Below, in pieces: positions 47,843 to 58,104 of a DNA stretch of 64,000 bases (its first letter is position 1; the number at the start of each line of letters is the position of its first letter). Source of the stretch: an uncultured Poribacteria bacterium (GTDB lineage Bacteria; Poribacteria; WGA-4E; WGA-3G). Under the pieces are notes generated by a model. The model had not been told where the DNA came from. It ran no database searches and saw only the letters and a program-made list of their open reading frames with translations. The position numbers were made by a program, and so were the translations under genes. Location: NCBI GenBank assembly GCA_951813565.1, contig OX638351.1:4128001-4192000 (forward strand), written 5' to 3'.

Positions 47843-49714
47843 TTAGTAGCGTAGAATTGTCGTAGAATCACCGACGATCCACAACGTCCCATTTGGGGTT
47901 TTTATAATATCTCTAAGGTTGTTTGTGGTTGGTGAGTTACGTTGCAACCATGTGACACCACCATCAGTTGTGCGTAGAATTGTCCCTTTATCACCAACTG
48001 CCCATCCAGATTTTTCGTCTATAAAGAGGATGGCATTGATGTTTTCTTCAGTTGGAACAGTTTGGTCAATCCATGTCTCACCACCATCAGTTGTTACCAT
48101 GATAGTGCCTTGATTACCAGCAGCCCACGCAAGTTCTGAACTAATTGCATAAATGTCCTGCAATTCAGCATAACCTATTGTGATGCTCCATGTATCGCCT
48201 CCATCAGTTGTCTTGGCAACTGTTCCGCCAAAACCGACAATCCAACCGACTTTTTCGTCAACAAAATGAACACCAAAAAGGTTATTAAAACCTGCTCCGC
48301 TGAAACCGGGATCTATGTCTACTCCAACCCATGTTTTACCACCATCGCTGGTTCGCATAACCTTTCCTGTTTCACCAACTGCCCATGCGTGCGTAGGATT
48401 GCCAAAACTCATGGCATAAGACGCCATGGCACTTTTCCAGCTCATGTCGCCACCAAATTTTATCCGCTTGGCTCTACCGTGTCCTTCATCGCCAGGGTCA
48501 CTGACACTTTTCCAAGTTGTTCCACCATCAAGTGTCTCAAGTAAGGCTGCGTTACTACCAACGATATAACCTTTCATTTCGTTAACAAAACCGACACCGA
48601 ACAGTTCAAAAACATCACCACTATTTTGAGGTCTCCATGTGTCACCGCCATCGCTCGTATGCATAACACTTCCAGCTAAACCAACTGCCCAACCGAGTTC
48701 GTCGTTAAAAAAGTGAACAGCACGTAATTCATTTGCATTAGAGACAACATCCCATGTGTTTCCGCCATCGGTCGTGTGAAGAATTGTTGCTTTATCGCCG
48801 ACGATCCATGCTTCTGAATCACTAATCATATGAACACCCTGCAGGCGTGCAGCGACTGGCCGATGCTCAAGAGGTTTCCATGTTATTCCGCCATCCATTG
48901 TGGTCAGAATTACCCCGAATTCGGCTGCAGCGATTCCCACATTTTTGTCGGCAAAATGCACATCCCAAATTGGCTCTGGCATTCCGTTAGAATTGGGTAC
49001 ATTACTCTGTTGGACTTCCCAATTCCTTCCATCTACTGTTGAAACGACGGCACCACCTGCACCGACTGCCCAACCATTTGCGTGGTCAAGCATGGAAATA
49101 GCATCAAGCGTGTTAACCGTTGCGCTGGTCTGAAACTGCCAATTGTTTCCGCCATCGGTTGTATGAAGTAAGGTTCCGCCTCCACCTGCTGCCCAACCAA
49201 TTTGAGGTGTAACGAAATGAACACCCTCAATCGTATTGTTAGTATCAATGGGTTGTGGTGTCCAAGTGGCCCCTCCATCTGTGGTATGCATGATGAATCC
49301 ACCATCACCACATGCCCAACCGTTCTGTTCATCTACGAATGAAACACCCAACAGCGCAACAAGGGTTCCAGTGGATAATTTCATCCAACTTTTTCCGCCA
49401 TCAAGCGTTTTTAAAACAGTCCCGTTTTCACCGACAACCCACCCAGTTTTAGCATTGATAAACCGGATTTTCTTAAATTCAGTGTTGAAAGGTAAGGGTT
49501 GATGAGTCCAAGTTTTACCACCATCCGTGGTATTTAAAATAGTTGCATTACTCCCAACGATCCAGCCATTCTGAGCGTCAAAGAAAAAGACATCAGAAAA
49601 GGAACCTTGCCACTGCGATTCGCTGACTGTAACCCACTCTTTTTGAGCAAGCACGAACGATGTTGTGATGAGCAAAAAAGTTAATATGATCGAAAAAAAC
49701 ATTCTCCGCTTCAT
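47843..49714 (-). CDS. Secreted YCF48/BNR-repeat (Asp-box) beta-propeller protein
   Basis: About 13 GW.VG..G.IL.T.DGG.TW repeats; start MKRRMFF at 49714 after AGGAGG; TTGACG-17-TATACT at 49824-49852. Confidence 0.9.
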   Translation of the reverse strand: MKRRMFFSIILTFLLITTSFVLAQKEWVTVSESQWQGSFSDVFFFDAQNGWIVGSNATILNTTDGGKTWTHQPLPFNTEFKKIRFINAKTGWVVGENGTVLKTLDGGKSWMKLSTGTLVALLGVSFVDEQNGWACGDGGFIMHTTDGGATWTPQPIDTNNTIEGVHFVTPQIGWAAGGGGTLLHTTDGGNNWQFQTSATVNTLDAISMLDHANGWAVGAGGAVVSTVDGRNWEVQQSNVPNSNGMPEPIWDVHFADKNVGIAAAEFGVILTTMDGGITWKPLEHRPVAARLQGVHMISDSEAWIVGDKATILHTTDGGNTWDVVSNANELRAVHFFNDELGWAVGLAGSVMHTSDGGDTWRPQNSGDVFELFGVGFVNEMKGYIVGSNAALLETLDGGTTWKSVSDPGDEGHGRAKRIKFGGDMSWKSAMASYAMSFGNPTHAWAVGETGKVMRTSDGGKTWVGVDIDPGFSGAGFNNLFGVHFVDEKVGWIVGFGGTVAKTTDGGDTWSITIGYAELQDIYAISSELAWAAGNQGTIMVTTDGGETWIDQTVPTEENINAILFIDEKSGWAVGDKGTILRTTDGGVTWLQRNSPTTNNLRDIIKTPNGTLWIVGDSTTILRY

Positions 49715-49905
49715 TAGAATTCCTCCTACATTAGAATCTGCATAACATTCACACAAATTCTGTGGTGCGTGCCTGATTCCCACGCTGTCTATATTATGAG
49801 ATAACATCTATATATCCTTTTAAAGTATAGCACGTTCCGAATTTTACGTCAACGTGAATTTGGGGTTGAACCAGGGCAATTTCGTTTTAAGAATTATCAG
49901 TTGAT

Positions 49906-50484
49906 TACAGTCTATCTCAGAAATCGTTAAATACGTTTCCTTACACAGGATCTACATTCATCGTAGGGGCGGGTCCCTGTGCCCGTATAGGTGTCAATTT
50001 AAGAACAAAATTGCTAAATTTTCTCTTGTGGGAGGGAAACCTTGTCCGCCCGATTGAACGAGATTCAAGCAGAAAATCCAAATCAAGAAATCAACGGTAT
50101 GAACGACATTTAGTCATTCACCGGGTATGAATGCCTTATGGCATTCCCCGTATGGCATGCTGCCAAATCAACGCTGAATGCGCGTGTAGGCATTCATCCA
50201 AATCAACGCAGCATGCGCGTATGGCATGCTGCCAAATCAACGCTGAATGCGCGTGTAGGCATTCATCGGGGTTGAAAACCCGCCAAATGCCAAAAAGCGC
50301 ATTTGGCGTTGATTCACTCCCACAAGAGGATATATCCTTAAATTGACACCTATGGGGCGGGTCCCTGTGCCCGCCCATTGTTTCCACTTATGAGAGAGAT
50401 GGCGAGGCACCAAATCAACGGTCCGAATGCCTTATGGCATTCCCCGGGACCTCGCCCTACAAATGATTTATGAGATACGCTCTA
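49906..50484. mobile_element. Composite MITE: TA-bounded element > REP > IS231-like MITE > hairpin-unit arrays
   Basis: Same outer element as 15101-15292, interrupted at 49986-50354 with an exact 19-bp duplication. Confidence 0.85.
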
Positions 50485-50976
50485 GTGTTACTGAGAGTTT
50501 ATATTCTCCGTTAGTAAGTGTTTGCGAAACCCAACAATTGCCTATATGTGTCGGGTTTCGCTATCGCTCTACCCTTATGTGTCAACTTAAGGATTTTCCG
50601 AATATGAATAATGTTCTTGAATCCCATAGGGATGCTATGTTTATAGCACGCTGTAAAGCGCCTCTTTAGCACCAGCGGTGGCAGCAAGCGCGTGTGGCAT
50701 GCTGCATGAGGTGTATCCTAAACAAACATATACACCTTTCGCCCCTCTGGGGCTTTGTGAATGGGTGTTAAGACTGTTCTGGACACCTTTCGCCCCTCTG
50801 GGGCTGAAACACACTTAAAAATACAGGTTAATTTCCTTAAGTTGACACCCGTCAAATGCCACAAGCGCATTTGGCGTTGATTTGGCTGAATGCCATAAAG
50901 CATCCACAGCGTTGATTTATAGGTTTCGCTGCCGCTCTACCCAACGGACATTTATATTTGGATTTTATTATAGAAC

Positions 50977-51648
50977 TCACGTCATACTACGTTCAATTGA
51001 CCAGTGCCGATCAGTACTTTGGACGACAACTGCGCCGGGCATGCCCATCTGTATCAACATTTGATTGACTTCGGCAAGTGTGAAGGCAGCAAGGAAGGAA
51101 TCGTAATAGAGTTTCTGTTGATACGGGGTATCATCTGCGGCATAACGGTCGACAAAAGCTTGTGCATCTGCTGGCGTTTCTGGACGAATGAGGTCGCGAA
51201 TTAAAACCACCCCGTTCTGCTTCACAACTCTGCCCATCTCTTGGAGTGCTTTCATAGCATCATGAATATGATGTACAATGCTGTTGGAGATGAGTCCGTC
51301 AAAAGTATTGTCGGGATAGGGTAATGTTTTGGCATCAACATGTTTAAGCGTTATCTGATCGGTGAGATCGGCATCCGAGACATGGCGTTTCGCTATTTTT
51401 AACATCTCCTCGGATAGGTCTATGGCGGTGATGTGGATATTTGGACAACGTTGTGCGAGTAGGATGGGGATTTGGGCAGGTCCAGTGCCGACATCAAGAA
51501 AATGTCCTGTGTCTGCCCCGAGTTCAATAACCCGATTAACAAAGGCATCATCAACCTCTCCATGCTCCATCGCATCGTAAGCCTCGGCGGCTTCCGCTGT
51601 GTCCATGACTTCTGGTTCTACAATTCGTTTCATTTTCGGTTCTTTCAT
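50977..51648 (-). CDS. Class I SAM-dependent methyltransferase
   Basis: LDVGTGPA, AIDLSEEML, DAKTLPYPDNTFD. Confidence 0.92.
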   Translation of the reverse strand: MKEPKMKRIVEPEVMDTAEAAEAYDAMEHGEVDDAFVNRVIELGADTGHFLDVGTGPAQIPILLAQRCPNIHITAIDLSEEMLKIAKRHVSDADLTDQITLKHVDAKTLPYPDNTFDGLISNSIVHHIHDAMKALQEMGRVVKQNGVVLIRDLIRPETPADAQAFVDRYAADDTPYQQKLYYDSFLAAFTLAEVNQMLIQMGMPGAVVVQSTDRHWSIERSMT

Positions 51649-51659
51649 GCATTGCGCGC

Positions 51660-52454
51660 TTAGTAAAGTGCGCTTACCAGTGGTGTGGATAAGTTAGCGA
51701 CAGTCAGTGCGTTTTGGCGAATCTGGTCAGGTTGGAATTGGGTGGACATCCCGACTGCCATAGCGTCAATTGGTTTTATATTTTCGAGTGCAAACTGAAA
51801 AGCTCCATGTGGTTCATTTCTACCTGCCGCTAATACCTTTATAGCAATTATAGGCATCGGCACCGCTTGAATAGCAGCGACTGCAGCATCACGGTCATCT
51901 GGCAGATATAGTTCTCTGTGCCGTGTATGATTATACAACGCACAGACATAAAAGTCAACATCATATCCTTCTGTGTAGCAGTATTTTAGGATTTGTGGGT
52001 CGTGCGTGCCGATACCGACTGCACATCCGAGGTCACGGATACGTTTGAGACTATCGTTCAATGAATTGAGTTGTCCTTGAGCATATAACTCATCAGTGGT
52101 GCCGCCGTGATGATAGATTGCAATTGGTTTGTAGCAAGCGATAATTTTGAGGTAGTCGTTGAGGTCACTATATTCTGTTGGCTTCGGTGTTTGCGCAATC
52201 CACTGAATTGTGCCACCTGCGTTCCAGTATTCATTGAGCGTGCGCATGATATGCTTATCTGCCCGCGCAAGCACGGTGTTAATACCGCTCTGTTCCGCTT
52301 GTGAAAGGTCCGCCATAATTTGATGTGTCGTATAGTAATCCTCCATCGCTTTTGATGCAGCAGGAGATTGATGCGAGATGCCGCTATACGGATTACCACC
52401 AATAATGAGGCGTGTGATGTTATGGGATGCGATGGAAATTGCTGGTATTTTCAC
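51660..52454 (-). CDS. Aldo/keto-reductase-like TIM-barrel protein
   Basis: ITRLIIGGNP, VGIGTH, IAIKVLAAGR, AVGM. Confidence 0.65.
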   Translation of the reverse strand: MKIPAISIASHNITRLIIGGNPYSGISHQSPAASKAMEDYYTTHQIMADLSQAEQSGINTVLARADKHIMRTLNEYWNAGGTIQWIAQTPKPTEYSDLNDYLKIIACYKPIAIYHHGGTTDELYAQGQLNSLNDSLKRIRDLGCAVGIGTHDPQILKYCYTEGYDVDFYVCALYNHTRHRELYLPDDRDAAVAAIQAVPMPIIAIKVLAAGRNEPHGAFQFALENIKPIDAMAVGMSTQFQPDQIRQNALTVANLSTPLVSALY

Positions 52455-52488
52455 AGGACGTTTCCTTAATCATTAGAACGGACATCAA

Positions 52489-52563
52489 TACACAACTAAA
52501 CACAAAGTTTCATTACACAACTAAACACAAAGTTTCATTACACAACTAAACACAAAGTTTCAT
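52489..52563. repeat. Perfect 3 x 25-bp tandem repeat
   Basis: TACACAACTAAACACAAAGTTTCAT x3, overlapping the stop codon of 52560-53774. Confidence 0.95.
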
Positions 52564-53774
52564 TTTTGTGACTCTTCAGGCGTTGCTAACACGTAGGCGT
52601 AGTTTTTTCCAACGGCTATGCTGATCGGATGTTGCTCCTGAAGTGTTGTAGCAGATATAAAACGATGTTTTGCTTGCGCATCGAGGTCAATAACAGAAAG
52701 AAAACCCTTTGCGTTTACTACGTAAAGCAAATTCTGAGAAATTTGGAAATCAGTGATCGGTCCTAATAGATTATTTTCTTCAATGTCTATTGTTTCGGAC
52801 CATTGGTCTTGCATGGCGAACTGAATCTTGTTTGAACGTTCAACATAAGCATCTGTAGGTTTTCCTCGGGTGAGCGTCTTTTTCCCTGTCAAGTAGAGAT
52901 AAGCGAGATAGTTCCCCTCTAAGTTGTAGTGTTCAAGCCACTCCCACATATAAGGACGAACTTGGTTCTTTCCCCAGACGATAGTAATATCGCGATTTGG
53001 ATATCTATAACTTATCAATACCAGATTGTTATCGGTAACGCGGACCTTCTCATATCTACCACTTATCTCTAAGAGGTCGGTTCTATCTGAAAGTGCTGCC
53101 CAACCAGGGTCAGTAGAGTGTCTATGCTGCATCAGAATCTGTTCTACTTCTGTTCCTTTAGCTCTAACACCTACTAACGATGAAGGAGATATTGTCCCAA
53201 CAGACTCAACGAATTGAGCATTCCCGTTGTCTAAGGAATAAATGTGCAGATAGTCATGGATATCCATAATATATAGGTAGGATTTATGGATATCGAATTC
53301 TCTTATTACGTTTGCCTGGTGTAGTTTCACCATAGATTGATTCACTGGTTGAAGTCGATTGGAAACGTCTACGAGATAAATCTTCTGCTTGCTTGCAACA
53401 TAAACATGATTTCCAGATACGCGTGCCTTACCGATTCTGTCGGGGAACGCTATTGATGCCATATATGATGGTTGTTGTGGGTTGGAAACATCAATGACGT
53501 GTAGATGATTTTCAGATGTGACATAAGCGTGTTTCCCTGAAAGGACAACATTGTTGTTTTGACTAACACGAAACGGTAGGTTGATAGAAGTCATGAGTGC
53601 TGGATTTTTCGGATCTGTCGTGTCTACAACCGTGAAAATGTTCTCTTGCGGTTTTGCCTCGGCAACCGTATTTTGACTCTGCTCAAGAATACTCAGGTTA
53701 CACCCAATATTAATAATTGCGATTAACGTTATTATGACAAAAGTATAAGTTGACTTTGCAAAATCTATTCGCAC
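52560..53774 (-). CDS. LVIVD-repeat beta-propeller lipoprotein
   Basis: Lipobox-like NIGC; HAYVT..LHVIDVSNPQQP-type repeats. Confidence 0.78.
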   Translation of the reverse strand: MRIDFAKSTYTFVIITLIAIINIGCNLSILEQSQNTVAEAKPQENIFTVVDTTDPKNPALMTSINLPFRVSQNNNVVLSGKHAYVTSENHLHVIDVSNPQQPSYMASIAFPDRIGKARVSGNHVYVASKQKIYLVDVSNRLQPVNQSMVKLHQANVIREFDIHKSYLYIMDIHDYLHIYSLDNGNAQFVESVGTISPSSLVGVRAKGTEVEQILMQHRHSTDPGWAALSDRTDLLEISGRYEKVRVTDNNLVLISYRYPNRDITIVWGKNQVRPYMWEWLEHYNLEGNYLAYLYLTGKKTLTRGKPTDAYVERSNKIQFAMQDQWSETIDIEENNLLGPITDFQISQNLLYVVNAKGFLSVIDLDAQAKHRFISATTLQEQHPISIAVGKNYAYVLATPEESQK

Positions 53775-53866
53775 TGTTTATCTCCTCTGTAATGATTACG
53801 CTAACGATATTACGTCACTTTACTGGTTTGCACATAGGCTTTGCCATTTACTATTGTCTATGTATG

Positions 53867-53883
53867 AGCAATTTCTGTGCCAG
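53867..53883 (-). promoter_or_regulatory. sigma54 (-24/-12) promoter for the LVIVD gene
   Basis: Minus strand CTGGCACAGAAATTGCT, consensus GG-N10-GC. Confidence 0.82.
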
Positions 53884-53932
53884 TGCCGAACATAGTAAAT
53901 ATGCGGATAAGCGCGCAGATTGAGGTTTGAAT

Positions 53933-53978
53933 TGCACAAAAAGGGGCAAAAGTGAAATTATATGTACAATTTTGTGCA
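53933..53978. promoter_or_regulatory. Tandem palindromic enhancer-like sites
   Basis: TGCAC-N6-GGGCA (53933-53948) and TGTAC-N6-GTGCA (53963-53978), 30 bp apart. Confidence 0.65.
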
Positions 53979-54035
53979 GATGTGGAAAGAAAAATGAAGA
54001 GATTGTGGGACAGCAGAGATGCTGTCCCGTGAGGA

Positions 54036-54983
54036 TTATCGGATAGCGATCGGATTACCGGGTGAACCCGTAGCACCTTTCAGACGAAGCGGCGCGAAAC
54101 TGAAGGCAAATTCATAGACCTCGTCCGCTGCTAATTCCTCTGTGATGATGTTCTCAAGATTGTAAATACCGTGTTTGACGATAAACAGCTGATGTACTGG
54201 AAACGCAAGAGATTCATCCGGATTAGGGACAACCTCAATGCCCCAGTTATCACAACATGCCATCACAATCTTTTGTTCGACGAGGTATTGTCCTGCTTCT
54301 AAGCCGATGCCGGGTTCTGTTGCACTATAACGTTCATTATCTGTCATCCAGTATTTTCCCCAGCCAGTATGAATAACCACAACGTCGCCAGGGGTAATTT
54401 TTACGCCTTGCTTTTTCAATGCGCCCTCTAAATCAGCGCGCGTAATTTCATAACTATCGCCAAGCACTTCAACACCTTTAAAGCCAGCAACATCAATCAG
54501 GACACCGCGGGTTACGATGGGTCCCACATTTTCAACACCGAGTTCTGTCAATCCTTCTGCTTTGGCAAAATCGTGTTGATCCAATCCGTTGTAAAAATGG
54601 TCACCGATCCCGATGTGACCGAGTCCATCAAATTGAGTGCCGATCTGCCCGATTTCACCACTGAAAATCTCCTCAAACCAAGTTGTTTTATTTTCACCGA
54701 GTGGACCGGACATCGCTGGAATCCGAAGGCTATAATGCCGCGTGCCGAAAACAGGAATACCGCTTTCATAGACTCTGCCGAGTTGATATACTTCGCCAGT
54801 TTTGATCAGGCTTGCAGCTTGTAGCACTTTTTGCGGTGTTAATCGGTTTGCTGCCCCGCGCCTATCATCTGCTCCCCATTCGGATGGAAACCATGATTCT
54901 TGGGTTAGGGTAACGGTTGCTGTCAATGCAACTAATCCAAATGCAATCACAAATATTAAGATACGTTTCGGTTTGTTAAACAT
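54036..54983 (-). CDS. Secreted cyclase-family (kynurenine formamidase-like) metal hydrolase
   Basis: GTQFDGLGH, TRGVLIDV, GDVVVIHTGW, LEN, GATGSPGNPIAI. Confidence 0.9.
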   Translation of the reverse strand: MFNKPKRILIFVIAFGLVALTATVTLTQESWFPSEWGADDRRGAANRLTPQKVLQAASLIKTGEVYQLGRVYESGIPVFGTRHYSLRIPAMSGPLGENKTTWFEEIFSGEIGQIGTQFDGLGHIGIGDHFYNGLDQHDFAKAEGLTELGVENVGPIVTRGVLIDVAGFKGVEVLGDSYEITRADLEGALKKQGVKITPGDVVVIHTGWGKYWMTDNERYSATEPGIGLEAGQYLVEQKIVMACCDNWGIEVVPNPDESLAFPVHQLFIVKHGIYNLENIITEELAADEVYEFAFSFAPLRLKGATGSPGNPIAIR

Positions 54984-55002
54984 TGTTGCCTCCTTTTCAT
55001 AA

Positions 55003-58000
55003 TTAATTGTTGCCTAAAATGCTTGCTAAAATAGCACGCTGTAACTTAGTCGTCTCTGTCTTTTTAGTGATACGAACGCTTGCATCCCTTGTCGTTGGTG
55101 GATTTTCGACAACTCCACTTAGCGTAATTGGTAGAGTGAGCGTTTCCTCATTTTCTATGATTGTTACCGTTAGTTCGTCACCAGATTTCCACGTTTTAGC
55201 GTTCTCGCGAAGGTCAGCAAACTTTTCGACTTTCGTACCGTTTAGAGAAATCAGACGCCACTTTTCTTTCTGTAAACTGGTTTTAAGAACGTCAATAATA
55301 TAATCGGTTGTTGGTAATTCTTCGCTGTATTCTATCTGAACATCTAAGCCAGCATAGTTAAAATATTCAGAGATCGGAAGTCTCTCTTTTCCTGTGACGT
55401 ATTTTTCAAAAAATGGGTCAAAATCTTTACCTGTGACTTTATTGACAGTTCTAATGATGTCGCGCTGTGTATATTCTATAGAATTATCAGGAAACTTTCG
55501 ATACATCTGCTGCATAACGTGATTAAAATTTTTTCTGTTTTTTGTGAGGTGGCGAATTTGTAAGTCTAATGAAGCTGCGACAAGACTACCGCCTTCATAT
55601 AGAAGACGGCTATCCCTAAAATCATCACCGATTGCATATTCGTGAGAAACCGCCAGATATTTTTCGCATGCATCCTCAATTCGCTCAAAAAATTCACTTT
55701 CAGATAGATAGTTGAGTTGCTTTGCTGTAATATCAGAATAGTAATTCGTTACCCCTTCAGTGAACCATCTTTCCTTTGATGTAAAAGGATTAAGTGCCGT
55801 GAGTCCATTCCAGATATGAAATACTTCATGCCCAAGAAAAGGTGCCCATTCATGTTTTGTTTGTGCATGCAAAGTTTCATCCATCAAGATACTAACACTG
55901 TGCCTGCGACCGTGCCCTTCCATCCGTTTTTTGCCTTCTCCTTCATACGGATTTACGAAAAACACCACGCGACCTTCTGGACCCCCTTTAAAAACCTTTG
56001 AATAAGCGTGTAGAAACTTTTCAACAGTACGCTGCATCTCATCTTTTGATGCTTTTAGACTACCACCCATGCCAATCACAACCTCAGTCTTGTCTGATTG
56101 TGCTACAACTTCAACGTGTTCACCTATTAGTAAATAGTTCAGAGTTAATTCTTCTTGATTTTCAACAGAGAACCGATGTCCCGTAATTCCGATTCGTTTC
56201 CAAGGTGTTAGTACTTTCCAACCATCAGGAAGTTTAAACTCTACATCAATGCTGTCGTTTTTTCCACCAACAATAAATAAATCACCACTTGACCAAAGCA
56301 TGCAATCATCTCGGAAATAGGGACGTGTCTTTGAGTATGATCCATGTCCGTACCGTTTAGTTTGGAAAGCCTTGTAATCTTCAGCATATTTTTGCGATAT
56401 TTCGTAGTTTAAAGTAATAGGACTTTTGTTACCGTGTTTAAAAAATTTAATATTCCAAACTGGGTAAGGGGATTTCGTAAAATGAGGAAATCCAATTGGT
56501 CGGGGTTCAACGTTTAAGCCACGCATGGCTGGGTGATTCATTGAAGTATATTCACTGTCATCAGGGACATACTGATTATGCTGTGGAATATAATTACTAT
56601 CACCGTTGAGACGTAACTGCAACTTTTCGAGACTCGGGTCTTTGGGAGTTAATCTGTAACTTATTTGCATTTCCCCTCGCTCCTTCGGATCATCAATAGT
56701 TACGACGTAGGTTGCAATTTTGAGAGGCGTTTCTGGTTGAATATTTGGGTCACTGACAAGAAGCTTCTCAATAAGCGGTTTAGGTTGGTAATTGTTATGC
56801 CATCTATAAGTCCAGGTTGTATCAACATTCAAAGGGAAATACTCGTTACTTTCTCCTGGTACATTGTAGTCTATCAATTCAGCTTCTGTAACAACGCCGT
56901 TTGAATGTTCGTAACGCATCTTCACCAGTCCGACTCCTTTTGCAAACCATAGATACCGCGTCCCATTAATCAGCTCACTTTTCAATTCAGTGTCAGCCTC
57001 AGCACCTGTGAAGACAGTTTTGTGTTTGAGGCACTTCTGGAAATCGCCTGCAGCACACTTAACCGCTTCATAATCTTCTATGGTTGTCTGTACCTGTGAG
57101 TTCCATAAACCTTCTTTACGCCACGTTTTTCCAACAGTCAATGGAAACTGGAATAATTCTGGCCAGTGGCCTTCAATATTATCTGAAAATATGCTTGTGG
57201 GATATTCTATAACTGAAGTAGACTTTACTATAGGTCGTGAACTTGCTTGTCTGATTGTCAGTGCTGATCTTGTATTTTTGATGTAAAAATCTCTTTTGCC
57301 TAACTCTTGACCAGATTCCGATTTAACTTTTACAGTGAGATGTAGGGAACCTTTATGCCGTTCCCTATTGATATGATTAACGTCCAGATGTGCTTGTTCA
57401 AAAAAGACTTCGTTATGATAATCGTTTTTCCACCGATACGTCCATGTTGAACCGATATTTAGTGGGAAGTATTCGTTACTTTCACCCGATAATTTGTAAT
57501 CGACTAATTCAGCGTAGGTATTAATTCCGTTTGAATGTTCATAGCGCATCTTTACCAATCCGACACCCTTTGCAAACCATAAATAACGTGTCCCGTTAAT
57601 TATCTCTTTTTCCAATCTGCTTCCAATGTGAGCACCGGTGATGACTGTTTTATGTTTGAGACAATCTGTGAAAGTGGCAAGTGCAATTTCTACCGTTTCA
57701 TAGCCCTCCAGAGTTGTTTCTTTTTTGGAATTCCATCTATATTCCCAGGTTTTTCCTATTGTGATAGGATATTGCAACAGTTCACCATCTGTCTCCAAAG
57801 AAATGTTTTCAAAAAGTAGACGCATAGGATCGACAGCACGATTGAAAGACGATAAATGTGAAAATCGTAAGGTCAAAAAATCGTCAGTTTTGTGGGCGTA
57901 AAGACCCCCTTCGGCAAAATCGTGTCCAATTTCTGTGGCAACTTTGATAGAAATTTTACGTGCCACTTTTTTGGGTGACTCATCGGATGGACTACAAGAT

Positions 58001-58056
58001 GTTAAGACTAAAATCACACAGCAAACTGATAATAAAATTCTCATTTTATTCTCCAT
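55003..58056 (-). CDS. M61-like gluzincin metallopeptidase lipoprotein with duplicated N-terminal domain
   Basis: Lipobox LTSC; two GTRYLWFAKGVGLVKMRYEHSNG modules; GHEVFHIWN...WFTEG; PDZ-like tail. Confidence 0.82.
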   Translation of the reverse strand: MENKMRILLSVCCVILVLTSCSPSDESPKKVARKISIKVATEIGHDFAEGGLYAHKTDDFLTLRFSHLSSFNRAVDPMRLLFENISLETDGELLQYPITIGKTWEYRWNSKKETTLEGYETVEIALATFTDCLKHKTVITGAHIGSRLEKEIINGTRYLWFAKGVGLVKMRYEHSNGINTYAELVDYKLSGESNEYFPLNIGSTWTYRWKNDYHNEVFFEQAHLDVNHINRERHKGSLHLTVKVKSESGQELGKRDFYIKNTRSALTIRQASSRPIVKSTSVIEYPTSIFSDNIEGHWPELFQFPLTVGKTWRKEGLWNSQVQTTIEDYEAVKCAAGDFQKCLKHKTVFTGAEADTELKSELINGTRYLWFAKGVGLVKMRYEHSNGVVTEAELIDYNVPGESNEYFPLNVDTTWTYRWHNNYQPKPLIEKLLVSDPNIQPETPLKIATYVVTIDDPKERGEMQISYRLTPKDPSLEKLQLRLNGDSNYIPQHNQYVPDDSEYTSMNHPAMRGLNVEPRPIGFPHFTKSPYPVWNIKFFKHGNKSPITLNYEISQKYAEDYKAFQTKRYGHGSYSKTRPYFRDDCMLWSSGDLFIVGGKNDSIDVEFKLPDGWKVLTPWKRIGITGHRFSVENQEELTLNYLLIGEHVEVVAQSDKTEVVIGMGGSLKASKDEMQRTVEKFLHAYSKVFKGGPEGRVVFFVNPYEGEGKKRMEGHGRRHSVSILMDETLHAQTKHEWAPFLGHEVFHIWNGLTALNPFTSKERWFTEGVTNYYSDITAKQLNYLSESEFFERIEDACEKYLAVSHEYAIGDDFRDSRLLYEGGSLVAASLDLQIRHLTKNRKNFNHVMQQMYRKFPDNSIEYTQRDIIRTVNKVTGKDFDPFFEKYVTGKERLPISEYFNYAGLDVQIEYSEELPTTDYIIDVLKTSLQKEKWRLISLNGTKVEKFADLRENAKTWKSGDELTVTIIENEETLTLPITLSGVVENPPTTRDASVRITKKTETTKLQRAILASILGNN

Positions 58057-58104
58057 GTTAGAGTTTAGCAGGGTGCAGAGACCTGCCCTTTAAATTTATT
58101 GTCG

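Noticed and set aside
50078..50267. CRISPR array (constant CCAAATCAACG plus variable segments; also 28313-28415)
   Set aside because: Repeat is only ~11 bp, 'spacers' are palindromic and recur at many loci, units nest in each other, and there are no cas genes
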